NCBI GenBank assembly: GCA_965112155.1
Contig: OZ218100.1
Length of the DNA: 64,000 nt
Strand: one strand, 5' to 3'
Origin: Podarcis liolepis
Lineage: Eukaryota
The notes below the pieces were generated by a model that did not search any database, was not told the origin of the DNA, and worked only from the letters and a program-made list of their open reading frames with translations. Positions within the stretch are counted from its first letter, which is position 1. Each line of letters begins with the position of its first letter. This document shows, one piece after another, positions 38,101 through 50,600 of this stretch. The translations under genes and the position numbers were made by a program.

Positions 38101-41100
38101 TGTATGCAGAATATACAGGGTATTTTCAAACGCTGTCTTGTAAGTATAAATTCAACTTCACAAGTACTCTGCTATTTCTAGAGTCACTGCCTGGAATATG
38201 AAGTCGAAATGAATAACAAATAGCTTTCTCTTTCATATACCAAACTGGTGAATTTCACTCACCAACTGACTTTAGAGTAACTACAGAAAAAGCCCAACCT
38301 TTACATTTCAATATTGTAAGTCTACCCAGAAATAAGCCCCACTGAGCCATGTCCATCAGTATAAGAGTCCTGTAATTATGAGAGGTCTAGAGTCACTTTT
38401 AGAATAAATGTAATTAACCTTTTCTGCAGTGGGAGGAATTCTCCACGTACAGCTTGCGGGTGACAGCAGGCCTGCCTCAAGCGCAACAAAGGGTACAGAA
38501 TGGAAGCAACAGTCCTCCGATCCAAGCTGCTAAGTTTGAGGGACCAATCAGAAATCTTCCTGAGTTTTGCCAGAGCATCCTGGCAGCAGACCTCATGTTG
38601 GCGATGATAAAAGTGTCTCTCCACAGGAGAAAAATAGAGCCAGTGTGTATCTTCTGTCTGAGCAGGGATCTGAATCTAATAATAAAATGAAACGACAAAT
38701 GAGTAACTCAAGTATTGGGTGAAAAATGTTGTCTATGAACATATTCTTAGAACTTGTGTGTTTACTTGGTCAATCACGTCCTTCTTTGCTGACCTCCACA
38801 TTATCTTGGCTATGAAGTTGTAGAGAGGCTGTGTGTTTTTCCTGCAGTATGGTCGATACAGAAGCTGATCCCACCAATATTTGACCCAGTAAGGATCAGC
38901 TCCAAGGAACAGTACTAATCCATATAAATCTATGACAAAGGAACAGCACATTTTACTGCAAGCAAGATTTTTTTTAAAAAAAGCTTATACACAATGCAAC
39001 TTAGCTAAGCCTGACAAGTAAAATTACTTCACGCTTGCTTTCTTTGGGCAGGAGAGATGGAACTTGGGTGCTGCGTATACAACCAAATCTTTGTGAAAGC
39101 TTAAAATAAGCAGTACATTCCCTTATAAGTATCACACAGAGTCCACCAGCAATTTCAAAGCTCTTACATTTTTCAAAATCTAGGCTTCAATCACAAATGT
39201 AAATTTTATATGGAAGTTCATGGAAGGACGGTTTCCAGTTTCCTCCTAATTCTTAGGAGGCTTTCCTGAACAAGGATTACTGCATGGTGGCAATGATAGA
39301 GGGTAGAAAATTTCCCAGTGCTTAAAAAAATATTTTTGTTGTTGCCGTTTCTTAAGTTTATTACTAAAAACGAATAGATGCCAATTGTAAATGCAATTAT
39401 TAGGTTGTCATAATCCAGTGTTGGCCAAACTTGGGTCTCCAGCTGTTTTTTTGGACTACAACTCCCATCATCCCTAGCTAACAGGACCAGTGGTCAGGGA
39501 TGATGGGAATTGTAGTCCCAAAACAGCTGGAGACCCAAGTTTGGCCAACACTGTCATAATCTATAATACTGCAGATCAAAAAGTTGTAGTTCATCCTGTT
39601 TTAGAGAAGGTCCCACTTCCCTTGATCAATGAAGTTCACACTTTGTGAGTAATCCTGGAAACTGGATACACAGGCAACAGGTTGTTGCTGGAACTATGTT
39701 TGCATAGCTTTGGCTAGTATGTCAACTACATCCTTTACTTGAGGTACGAATTTGTCCATGGCAACACATGTCCTAGTTAGTAGAACCTGGTGCCATGCAA
39801 TGAAGCTGAATGTCAGAAGATTCATGAGAAACAAAAGGTAGCATTTCTTCATACAGCACCCAACTTAACTCTGGAATTTACTACCACAAGATGGAGTCTT
39901 AAAAACAGGGTTAAACCCATGAAATATAAGGCTATAAATGACTACCTGCCATGTACCTCTAGTACTGGAGGCAGTATGCCTCTGAGTAACAGTTTCTAGG
40001 GAACACAAGTGGAGAAACTGCTGATGTGCTCATGTCCTGCTTGTGGGCATCCCATAGGCATCTGGTTGGCTACTGTGAAAATAGGATGCTGGGCTCTACG
40101 TACATTTGGACTATTGCATTTGGGGCAAAATGCTGCAGCCAGACTGCTAACTGGAGTAGCTGATGAGGAGCGTGTGATTCTGATCACAACAAATGAACTG
40201 ATTTCAAATTAGTTTCCAAGCCCAAATCAAAGTAGGGCTGCTTTTGACCATTAAAGTCCTAAATATCTTGGCATCAGTGTACCTGAAGGACTGCCTGCTC
40301 CAATATAAACTTGCCTGGGCATTAAAATCTGCAAATGAGGTCACTGTCTGTATCAATGTCATAGGTACATTTGGTGGGAACATAAGAGAAGACCTACTTG
40401 TAGGTACAGTTAGTACTGTTTTTGGTTTTTTGTGCTGCTTTTTTCTTTGGTATGTGATTTTTAAGGTGTATTTTAAATATGCTTTAGTTTGCACTTGATG
40501 GATTCTCTTTTATTATTAACTGTCTCGAACAATATGCTGTTGGATAGCCAGGACACAAATATTCTGGATTTTAAAAAAAGAATTGCTTTCTAGAAGGGAG
40601 TTTGGACCAAAATACCCTTGCCATTACTGCATGCTTGTTGATATAGACAGAAGATTAGCTATACTATTCACCTTCCAATCCTCGTTGCACTGGTGTGCCA
40701 CTGACACACCAGCGATTGATTCCACTCAAACGGAGAGCCATTTCTGCAGCCTAATAAAATATTATAGAAAATATAATTAAAGCCCATGACTACTAGGAAC
40801 AACCTCATGCTTAGCCCAAGAATATTAAGCAATACTAAGGGTCCACCTGCCACCACGCTTTCTAAATGTACTTCCTACATCACTTGAATGGCAAGGATGA
40901 ATACCACAATGGTAAGTGAAGAATAACTGCTTTAGGAAATTGACGAGATGGTAGTTCCCCACCTTTCTATTTCATCCCCCTATAGAGACCAACCAGTAGA
41001 AAGAGTCCTAGTGAAAAATGCTCAGCTGGAATATCCCAACAACCTGCACTGTCCACACTGCTATGGCTCAGTTTTGTGAACAGGGAAGAGGTGAAAAAGG

Positions 41101-41553
41101 CTGAACATTTGAGCAATGTAAACTGAAGTATTGAGACAGCATTCCATTTCTATTTTCCTACTCAGTTGAGTTCCTGGCCTGCCATCATTACTGCATCTTG
41201 CCATCAGAACAAAGCCCCTTATACTCACAGACACGGTGTGACTACTTTTCCATAGCTTCTCATTTCTTCAAACTGGAATACTTTTACACATTGTTCCAAT
41301 TTCCTACACTCCATATCACTGCAATTCAGCCTCCCCTTCCTTTCTTCAGCAAGCCTGCTTCTGGAACCCATTCCCCTCATTCCCACTGTCGTCTGGGTTC
41401 TTTCCTTCACTCTACTTTACAGATGCCTATTCATTTGTACACATGGCGGTCCTCAGTAAAACTGAACAGCTATCTGATCTGAATGAGGATACACCCATTG
41501 TGGGTGTGTTCCAACATCTCTCTCTCTCATTCCAATCCATACACAACACACAC

Positions 41554-41605
<52 letters not shown>

Positions 41606-44600
41606 TATCATGTTGTTACTGTTCAAAAGATTAGCTGTTCAAATATGCAATGTCATCCACCAAGAAATTCCTTTACTGGAGGTGAGCAGGTATTCACAGC
41701 AGTATCGCTTTGCAAACAGCTGAAATGGTCCTGCTTAATATTTCTTAATGTCAATAAAGACCGTTTTACAGCTTCTAGACCCAAGGGCAGACCCTCTGCC
41801 TGTTTAGATAGGCACTGAAACAGACTAACATCTTGCTTTCAACTATCAAGCAGTGTAATATACATGATGACCTAGTTCTTTAATCTGTCATAATACATTG
41901 TGTTAAGAGATTAAATTATAAAAAAGTACTAAGCTTCATAGCAAGTCAAACCTCCGGCAGATAAAACATTTAGTAACACCTCCAAGGGAAACTATATTAG
42001 TCACTTCAGAAGAATAAATGTTAAGGTCAAATTTATATGCCCGCGTGTTAAAAGGGTATACAAGTAGGCTCTTTCATTTGCTTTTATGTTGTACATGTTC
42101 AACAGGGTCATACCCAAGCAACTCAAGTTCATTCTCACCTTTGCAGTGGTGCATTCTACCATCTGTGCTTCATCCAGGCAAATTCTCCACCACTCCACAG
42201 CTACCAAGGGACTTGGGATAGCCATATAACGCTTCTGGTTCCTGAAACGGCGTCCATCTTCACTATTACTGTGAGGAATGTCCACATAGTTCAGTTCACT
42301 ACGAAGGACATCATATGTGGTGATCACTACTTCCTGCTCTGCCAAGATGTGAGGCTGCAAGAAACCATGCTTCTTCACTCCTTGATAAACCTGCATAAAT
42401 TTGGGCACAATGCACATGAGAGAAAGCATTGACAATTAAATTGAGGGAGGGGGAGAGACACAGAACACTGAGAAGCTGAAAATTTCCTGCCTTGTAGGAT
42501 TTTAACACTATGATGATGATAATATAAATCAATCTATCCTGCAAAAAAATCTTAAGGATTACTACCATTATCAAAATGTACTGAAATGCTGGGCATTTAT
42601 TTTAACAACTACCCAGGAGTGAAAATATTTTCATTCTACTCACTTAATAACTGCATTTGCTACACTCTACCTCAACATAGTATACTTCCCCTATTGGCTG
42701 CTGTGAAACAACACCTTTTCTTACCAACACTCGAAGAGAAGATGATCTCACGTGCCTGTTAATCTCATCAACCCACTGGTGGCAGATAGAACTTGGAGAG
42801 ATTATCAGAGTAGCTCCTGTTGGAACTGGTTTCATTGCTACAAGGCAATGGGGACAGTAAAAGGGCTTGATCTTTAGATTTTCTTCTTTGTAGTTCACAC
42901 ACTCAGCATGCTGCCACAGGTGGCAGTTCAGGCACTGCACACGGGCCTTATAGTCAACCAAGCCAAGCTCACCACATATGCATTCAAAGCGATAATCAGA
43001 GGTATTGAATGGAAAAATAGAACCAGGATGTGGTACAAAAATGCTAGTGTGTTCTTGAGAGGCTGGAGACTGGCCTTCTGAGTTGTCTTGCTGCTCTTCA
43101 GCTTCATCATCTTTTTTAGAAATGTCAGTAGAATACGTTTTGTTTTTTGAAATAGGCCTATTTTCTTGCAAGTCAGAAGTTCTATGCAGAGAATCTTCTT
43201 GCATTATCCAGCCCTTAGGATCCATTTCTGATTTTGTATTATCTTTGCTTCTTGTACAGTAATCATGCTCTTCTGCTGTGATGTCTACTGCCTGAGATAG
43301 TTTAAGACCATTTGGATAGCATGTGCCCTCATCTCCCAATTCTTTGGTTTCATTCTTATTTTCTGGTGAATTTTTCTTCTGAACCCTAGCTGAAGTTTTT
43401 ATTTTCTAAAACAAACAAATAAAATAAAATAAATTTATTTTGCTTTTTCAGCTTCATAAAAACACTCTGGATTAAATCAAACACTTAATTAGGAGGCACA
43501 AGGGAAGGGGAGCTGGAAAAGTCCCAATGTGCATGCTGCATTCTGTGCATGTTCGGAACAAAATACACTTTCAGGATACTAAGTAGACTTTTACAAGACT
43601 TTTTAAAGGGAGTTCCAAACAAAGAAACACACACTCTTACTAGGGGTTGCCATCCCTGCTCTGTTCACCAACCCCTTTGCCCTTCCCACACACCTAACCA
43701 ACCCCACCGCCCTTTTATATCTCAACCCTTACCTGCCCAACTACTGTGTGAAGGGCTTTCCCCATTAAACTCTGCTACAGCATCCCACCCCTTCCAATAA
43801 ACAGCTCACTGATAGGTTGCCTATCAGTGGCCATGCAAATTGCAGAGTGTTGACATCTTACATTTTAATGCATATAGGAATATATATATATAAATATGTG
43901 TGCGTGTGTATACACTGTTATACATTTTCAGTTCTTTTTTGTCCTCTAATTCAGCACGGCAGTTTAACACTGAGAAACTACACCCAAAACTACAATGCAA
44001 CACATCTGTTATTCATTAAACAGTGTAATAGCATTACACCCAAGAGATCTACTGCACATTATAAGTTCATTCATTCTCATTATCAGCCATTGGGGTTCAA
44101 ACCCAGTTCTCCCTGGCCTAAATTGCATGCAATTATTTCAACCCATTAAAATGTTCAGGGATTGATATGAAGATATCTCACAACAACTTTTGAGACTACA
44201 GTCATTAAAGCAGATGGTGGAAAATATCCAATGGCAAATCCAGATAAGATTTCCTACACAGCGATTACTCCCTGAATTCTATCAGCTCTTGTTCAATTGA
44301 CTTAGCTGCTCTGTTCTCATTTGCTCCCATTCCCAAAATTACTATAATGGACATGTATCAAAACACTTAAATAGAAATTATTCCCTCCATGGATTAAAAA
44401 AAACTCCCAGGTTACCTCTTTTTTTAATTTATTACAAAATTTCTGTTCCTTGTAGTTTCTGCCCAGCTTGAAAGAACCAGCAAGACCATGACCTTTGACC
44501 TGTTCCACTACCTTCTCTGCAATTAATTTTTCCAGAGTCCTTTTAAGAATGCGACGGTTTCTGTGTGTGTCATACTTGTATATGGCATGGACATACTTAA

Positions 44601-47600
44601 AAATTGCCACAATAGATGCTCCCTTCTTCACATTCATTTCTTTTATAGCTGTTAAGAGCATCACTCGCAAACCTATTGTGAAGGCATAAATATCTACGAT
44701 AAGGAGTTGTGCAAAAAGAGGTCACAATATAATGTTAAGATTTTAACAGTATTTATGTATTTATTTAGGAATCACTTTCCATGAAAACATCTCAAAGTGA
44801 TGAACAATTTCAAATCCAATACAATACTAATGCAGCGCCGACTATTCTTTTTAAAAATTGATGTAACGTTAATTTTCATCTATAATCAATTCTGCAAAAC
44901 TAGTTAATAGGAAAAGTTAACAAAATTAAAGGAACCTATTGCAGTATTTCAAATAATTGGGGGGGGGAAACCCTTAAACATAATTATTCAATTGCATGCA
45001 ATCAATTTAGGACCTGCCCTGATGTGAAAAGCATCATTATCATATACTAAAACCTCAATAAATAAAGATAAATTTGGGGGGCTTGGTAGTAAATGCTTTA
45101 TTCATTTCATATATGCTACAAATGACTTTCATGTTAAAAGTATTATTATTTTTTGAAAGACCACAACCCATTTTACCTTCGACCTCAACAGCTTCTCAAA
45201 GAATATACTCAACAGTGTTCCCTAATGTCTGCTTGAGACATCTGAATGAGTCCCCCCACTAATATGGGAACCATGTCTGCATCTTTGTATCAAAGTAAAA
45301 CGTGCAATGCTAATACATAGACTTTAGCTCTTCTGTAATATACAGAAATCCGAAATATATCCTGCAGTACTGATCTGTCAGTTATTTTATATTATCAATC
45401 TCTGCAATCATTTTTATGCAGCAATAAATGTATCTGCAAATATGTCACACCAAATTGGTACAAATAATAGTAGGAAACAGGCAGAATGTATATACACATA
45501 GAGTATAATGGCAAATAAATATTGGTCTGGCTGTGCTGTAAGGCTTTTAAATATTTTGTTTTCAACAGCAATCCTACCACTCTTTGCCCACAAATTCAAA
45601 GTAGTCTAGTTAGATGTTTCTGCAGGAAGGAGCCTTTAGACCCAGTACCAAAGCTACTGTGAATGGTACATATTTCTTATTATTGCTTCTGGCAAATTAA
45701 ACCTACTGAAGAACACTTACTAGGATAGTGCACTTTTTCCTTCAATTTAAGTTCCATTTTCTTTATGCTTTTCTTTTTGCTTCCTTCACTAGGTTGAGGC
45801 GGAACAAAGAAGTTTACCAAAAAACCCTAAGAGATAATTTTAACAATATCAGATTTATGTTCAGCTACCATGCTGACCTGCTTCACAAAATTAACATTTG
45901 CATCACTGAGTCCTACGCACAATTAATGTATCTTAAACAAGCATGCCAAGAATATTTGAATATTATCTACTGACTCAACATAGAAAAACTAAGGCTGGGG
46001 ATGTAATGCTTGCTGTGACAATGCAATGGCAAACAGTAACAATTCACTAACAATATGGTTAAGATTGGTGATATCAAACAGATATCCCAGCTGAAGTGAA
46101 AAACTAATATTTAAAGTTATTTAAAAATTTGGTGGCGTGCAGGAGGAGAGAAGAGGGGAAATTCCACCAGACAAGCCAAAGTCTTTGTACAAAAGGAACG
46201 ACATCATGGGACAACATGAGAGTTTGATAATGACCAACATAAAATAGTAAAAGAAAAAGTTAGTAATAAATAGATTGGGCACAGAGAAAATATTAATTTG
46301 CTATTACCAGATTGGTCCTAATATATAGAATATGGACTATAGCAATGCACAGGTATGAGGCAAGGTCTTCAAAACATAGAAAAAAACACACAAGGTTGTA
46401 TGTTGACCTAAAATTTGTTATTCTAGTAATTTACAAATAAAGATAATCTCTCAATAAGCTTAGCCTAGTGAATGCTGTATATTTTGCTTGGCCCTGGGAG
46501 AAGTACACAAATTTTGTCAACAAAAACAATTTTCCTGACTTTCATGAACCCTATTCTGTGAAACTTGGTGCTTCTGGTATCTTCTAAAATTGTCTAATAC
46601 TAAATTTATTATGATCAACCAGATTATGTAGGTTGTAGATCAATTTGTTCAATTCAGGAGGTTCAATTCTGGACCAATTTGGCATTTGGTTCTAGATGGT
46701 AACCTGTAATCTATTGTATAATAGTAAGAACTTCAGTAGAAAAAAATCAGGCATGTCGAAAAATAAGCATACAATCTGGTCCAACATAAATCTGAGACTG
46801 AGTGGTAAACTCTTGCTCAATTTATACAGATTTTAAAGTTGTATTTATTAATGCTGAAGATACACAGTTAAGCAACCAGTCCCATGTTTGTTTTTGTATA
46901 CATATGCTTAAACATCATAAAACTTCCCCCCATTTTTAATAAAATGGGATTTGATTATGGATGGACATGAAACTTAAGACTTGTGGAAATGAAAAAAATG
47001 AATAATTTATTATGAATATAAACCCCTAATAAACCCCTAGCTCAATGTTCTGCTACCAAGAATGGTCTCTTCTCCCCTCACCACCTACCCCGGCAAGGAC
47101 CAAATCACTTCTCGAGTATTGGAACCATTTGCTTCATTCTCATACCTACTACAAATTTCTCACCTCAGGTAACATCAGAGCATCCTGTTTAACATCCTTT
47201 CGAGTGTGTGTCAGGATAAGGGACAATACTTCTACTGTTTTTCCAAGGCCCATCTCATCTGCCAATATTCCTCCAGGCCACTGAGGCCCAGCAACTGGGC
47301 GTTCACGAATAATGCTGAAGACCAAAGATTCATCCTAGTTAAGAACATGTTATGTGTATGTATAATTTCTGATCACAAATTTAACAGAAGCAAATGACTA
47401 CATTGGCATTTTCTGAAGTAGGTAACATTCTAGAAATACATGCATTTGGAGAAGGATCGTGGACAACCCAATCTCTAATATTTAAGATATACACATAACA
47501 AAATCCATCATAAGAGTTGCTTTAATCCTAGTACCTACACATTTTTTAAGAACAGAAAGGAAACGATATATATTTCATTATCAATCAAGCACAGAATTAA

Positions 47601-50600
47601 ATAAAACTGCTCATTTGCAAAACGAAGCAGGATCCAATATGCTTTCAAATTGGATGGGGAACCAGGTGTTGAGATTTCTGTGTTGCAGGGGGTTGGTCTA
47701 CATGACCCTCAGGGTCCCTTTCAAGTTACAATTCTATGGGTCTATGAAATCAGACTAACAGATTTAATTCCTTTCCCAATCTCTGTCATATTTTCCTTCC
47801 TCATCTTCAGAAGTATTCAAAAGATATTTATATAATTTCTTATTGTTTAAATCTAGGAAATAGTCACATTAAGGCATTTTCATAAAACAAGTGCTGGAGT
47901 GATATTTATAGCATTAAACACATTTACTTAAATTGTATGCACTTTGGCTGTAATAATAAGACCAATAATCCTTACCAGCCAGTAAAAGGATTATAGTACA
48001 GTTTTAGTCCATCTAAAGTAATAAACTCTCTCCATAAGAAGTGGAGTGCATTTTCTACTGAGAGAAAGAAGAAAACAATGAGATTCATACAAATTCTACT
48101 CATATGATTTAAATTTATTTTGACTGCTTCTTCGCTTATCTTCAAAGTTGAAAGTACAGAAACTGAAGCTCTGAGGAATCTTATTTGATCATTCCACAAT
48201 CCCTCGAGCCCTATGTTCTGTTACAGACCAATGCCCCTTCAGCTTCTATAAGATTAAATGAACCCAGTACAAATAGTTACAAGACCCTTAAATGACCAGA
48301 TTGTAAATCTGGATAACACCACCTCTTAGTACTTTATAGTGTTTTACATACACAAATCCTTACAGTAATCCCATAAAGTAAACCAGCATTATTAAGCCAA
48401 GTTTTACAGATCAAGAAGCTTGAAAGACAACTTGTCCAAGTACATGCCTAAGTCCAACTAGTGGGTTTATGATCATGATTAGATATGAACCAGAGACTTT
48501 CTGACCCACAGCTTACTCTCTTAGCTAGTGTGCTATGGCAGGTCTATTTTATTCCTTCTCAAGATAATTGTGTAAATTAAATAAGAACTATGAATCACAG
48601 GTAATCTACAGAAACTAATTCTCAGAGCTCATAATGTTTCCAGCATTTAAGCCATCCCCAGATCCCAGTTGCCCTAAATGGAAATTTACATGGAGTACCT
48701 ACTATATTCCAAACGGAATAATCTAAGATTCAGGTTACATACATTTCCTGCCAACAGCATCAAGGAAATAAGCAATAACTAGGAAGGAAATTGCTAGGAA
48801 AATAAAAATATGGGAGAGGGGGAATAAAATTTCCCTAAAGGGGGTTCTATTCGTAATTAGCCACTTCTGAACCAAGTGATGCACATTAATGCCACACCTG
48901 TGATGTTAGAAACACAAACAACCCTTATGTTGTGTATAAACTAAGTGCTGATGTATGCAATATGAGCATGTCTCAGATCAGCAATTCAGGATGCACAGTG
49001 GGTTGTATTCAATGGCAACTTTGCCTTAGCAGAAAGCAGTTCTATTCACACAAGCAGGGCATCGAATTTTTGCTACTTGAGGTGGGGGAATGATGTGCGA
49101 CTTTCTTATAACTAATACATCATCATGAATTTCTATCAGTATCAATGTAATCAAGATATATATTTATGTTGCCTTTTTCGAGATACTTGCCATTGGTTGG
49201 TACATTTTTGAAGTTCTCACGTTGAAGCATCCAGTTTACAGCCTCAGTTTGATATGGCCTCAGTACAGGAATCAGTGCAGAGTGCTGTACGTTCTCCTTC
49301 AAAAACTGAATTTCTTTTTGGTGTGTATGCCTCACATAGTCATAAAGCTCTTCAATATTTTGCCGCTCTATATCTCTATCGGATTCCTCCTCATCTTCCT
49401 CCAGAATATCTAAAAGAACCGTATGGCACTGATTCACAGTCACTAATGTTTGCAATACCTTAAACGTACTGCAATGAAGTAACAAAACAAATGGGTAAAA
49501 ATAGTATCCCTGTACTAAGAAATATTAATCCAGTACCATATTGTTCCCAATCTTAGGTATAATACCAAATAGTTCTTGGAGGGGAAGAAGAGAACTTGGC
49601 TCTCTTTTAAGATAAAAAACATGACCAATAAATAATACTAGGAACTGGCTAGAATACAATTTTTAAAGTACTGAGTTTGTTTTAAGAAATTATAATTTAT
49701 TTCCATTATTTAAAAAGCTTTCAGTACCAACATCAGTTCGCAATTTTTAAAAACAAAATCTTGATTTCATTCACAACACTTTCCTTGTACTTGGTGAACA
49801 GTGAAGGTGATGATATTATAATTAATGTGTTGATTAAATTTGCTACTGATGAACAAATCCTCTTGCAGCAGCTGTGATGCAGAAAACCAGATGCTATCCT
49901 TTAATAGCCAACCACTACCCACCCTCACTGTATAAAGTAAGAAAAATAAGTGGAGTGACTATGAACAGGGATAGGTTGAACAGAAGGAAGAGGAACATGT
50001 AAGGGCTTGAGGAGATGATGAAGGGAGAGAATGAATAATCAAAAGATATTTAAAAATGCAAGGCCAAGTTATTTTTCTTCCACTCTCCTCTGCCATTCTG
50101 TGTGGGTCTCCACTGGTAATAATGTGCAACTTATGCATCGATTCACTATACTCAATCATCACTTTTTTCAATTTTACAAGTGAATTGTGACTATTTTATA
50201 CATTATGTGCACTTTACACACTATGAGCCAAGACTACAAATGCACAAAACAGAGTTGTTACTCAGCACATTTTCACCAATTTCAAAAGAAATCATGCCAA
50301 TTTACATGACACATCTCTAGCAATATTGTGCAACCATTGACCATTTGGGTACAGTAATTCAGACTGATGTTCTCTACAGAGCCTGGAGGTCAAAACATTA
50401 TCTTTATAATAAAGTTATTGCTTATTTTCATATGAATAAATATTAGAATAGATTTGACCAACACAGCACAGGTATTGCCCAGAGTCCTAAGCCAACAATT
50501 GAATGATAGTGCAGGACATATAGGGATATATTTCTACATGATTCTGAATCATACATATTCTGCTCTTTATATAAAGGCACACCCACTCTAGGCCACGTTT

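Noticed and set aside
46100-46870. Possible decayed L1 fragment in intron 6
   Set aside because: Only a vague NAED resemblance to DAEKAFD; too degenerate to support.
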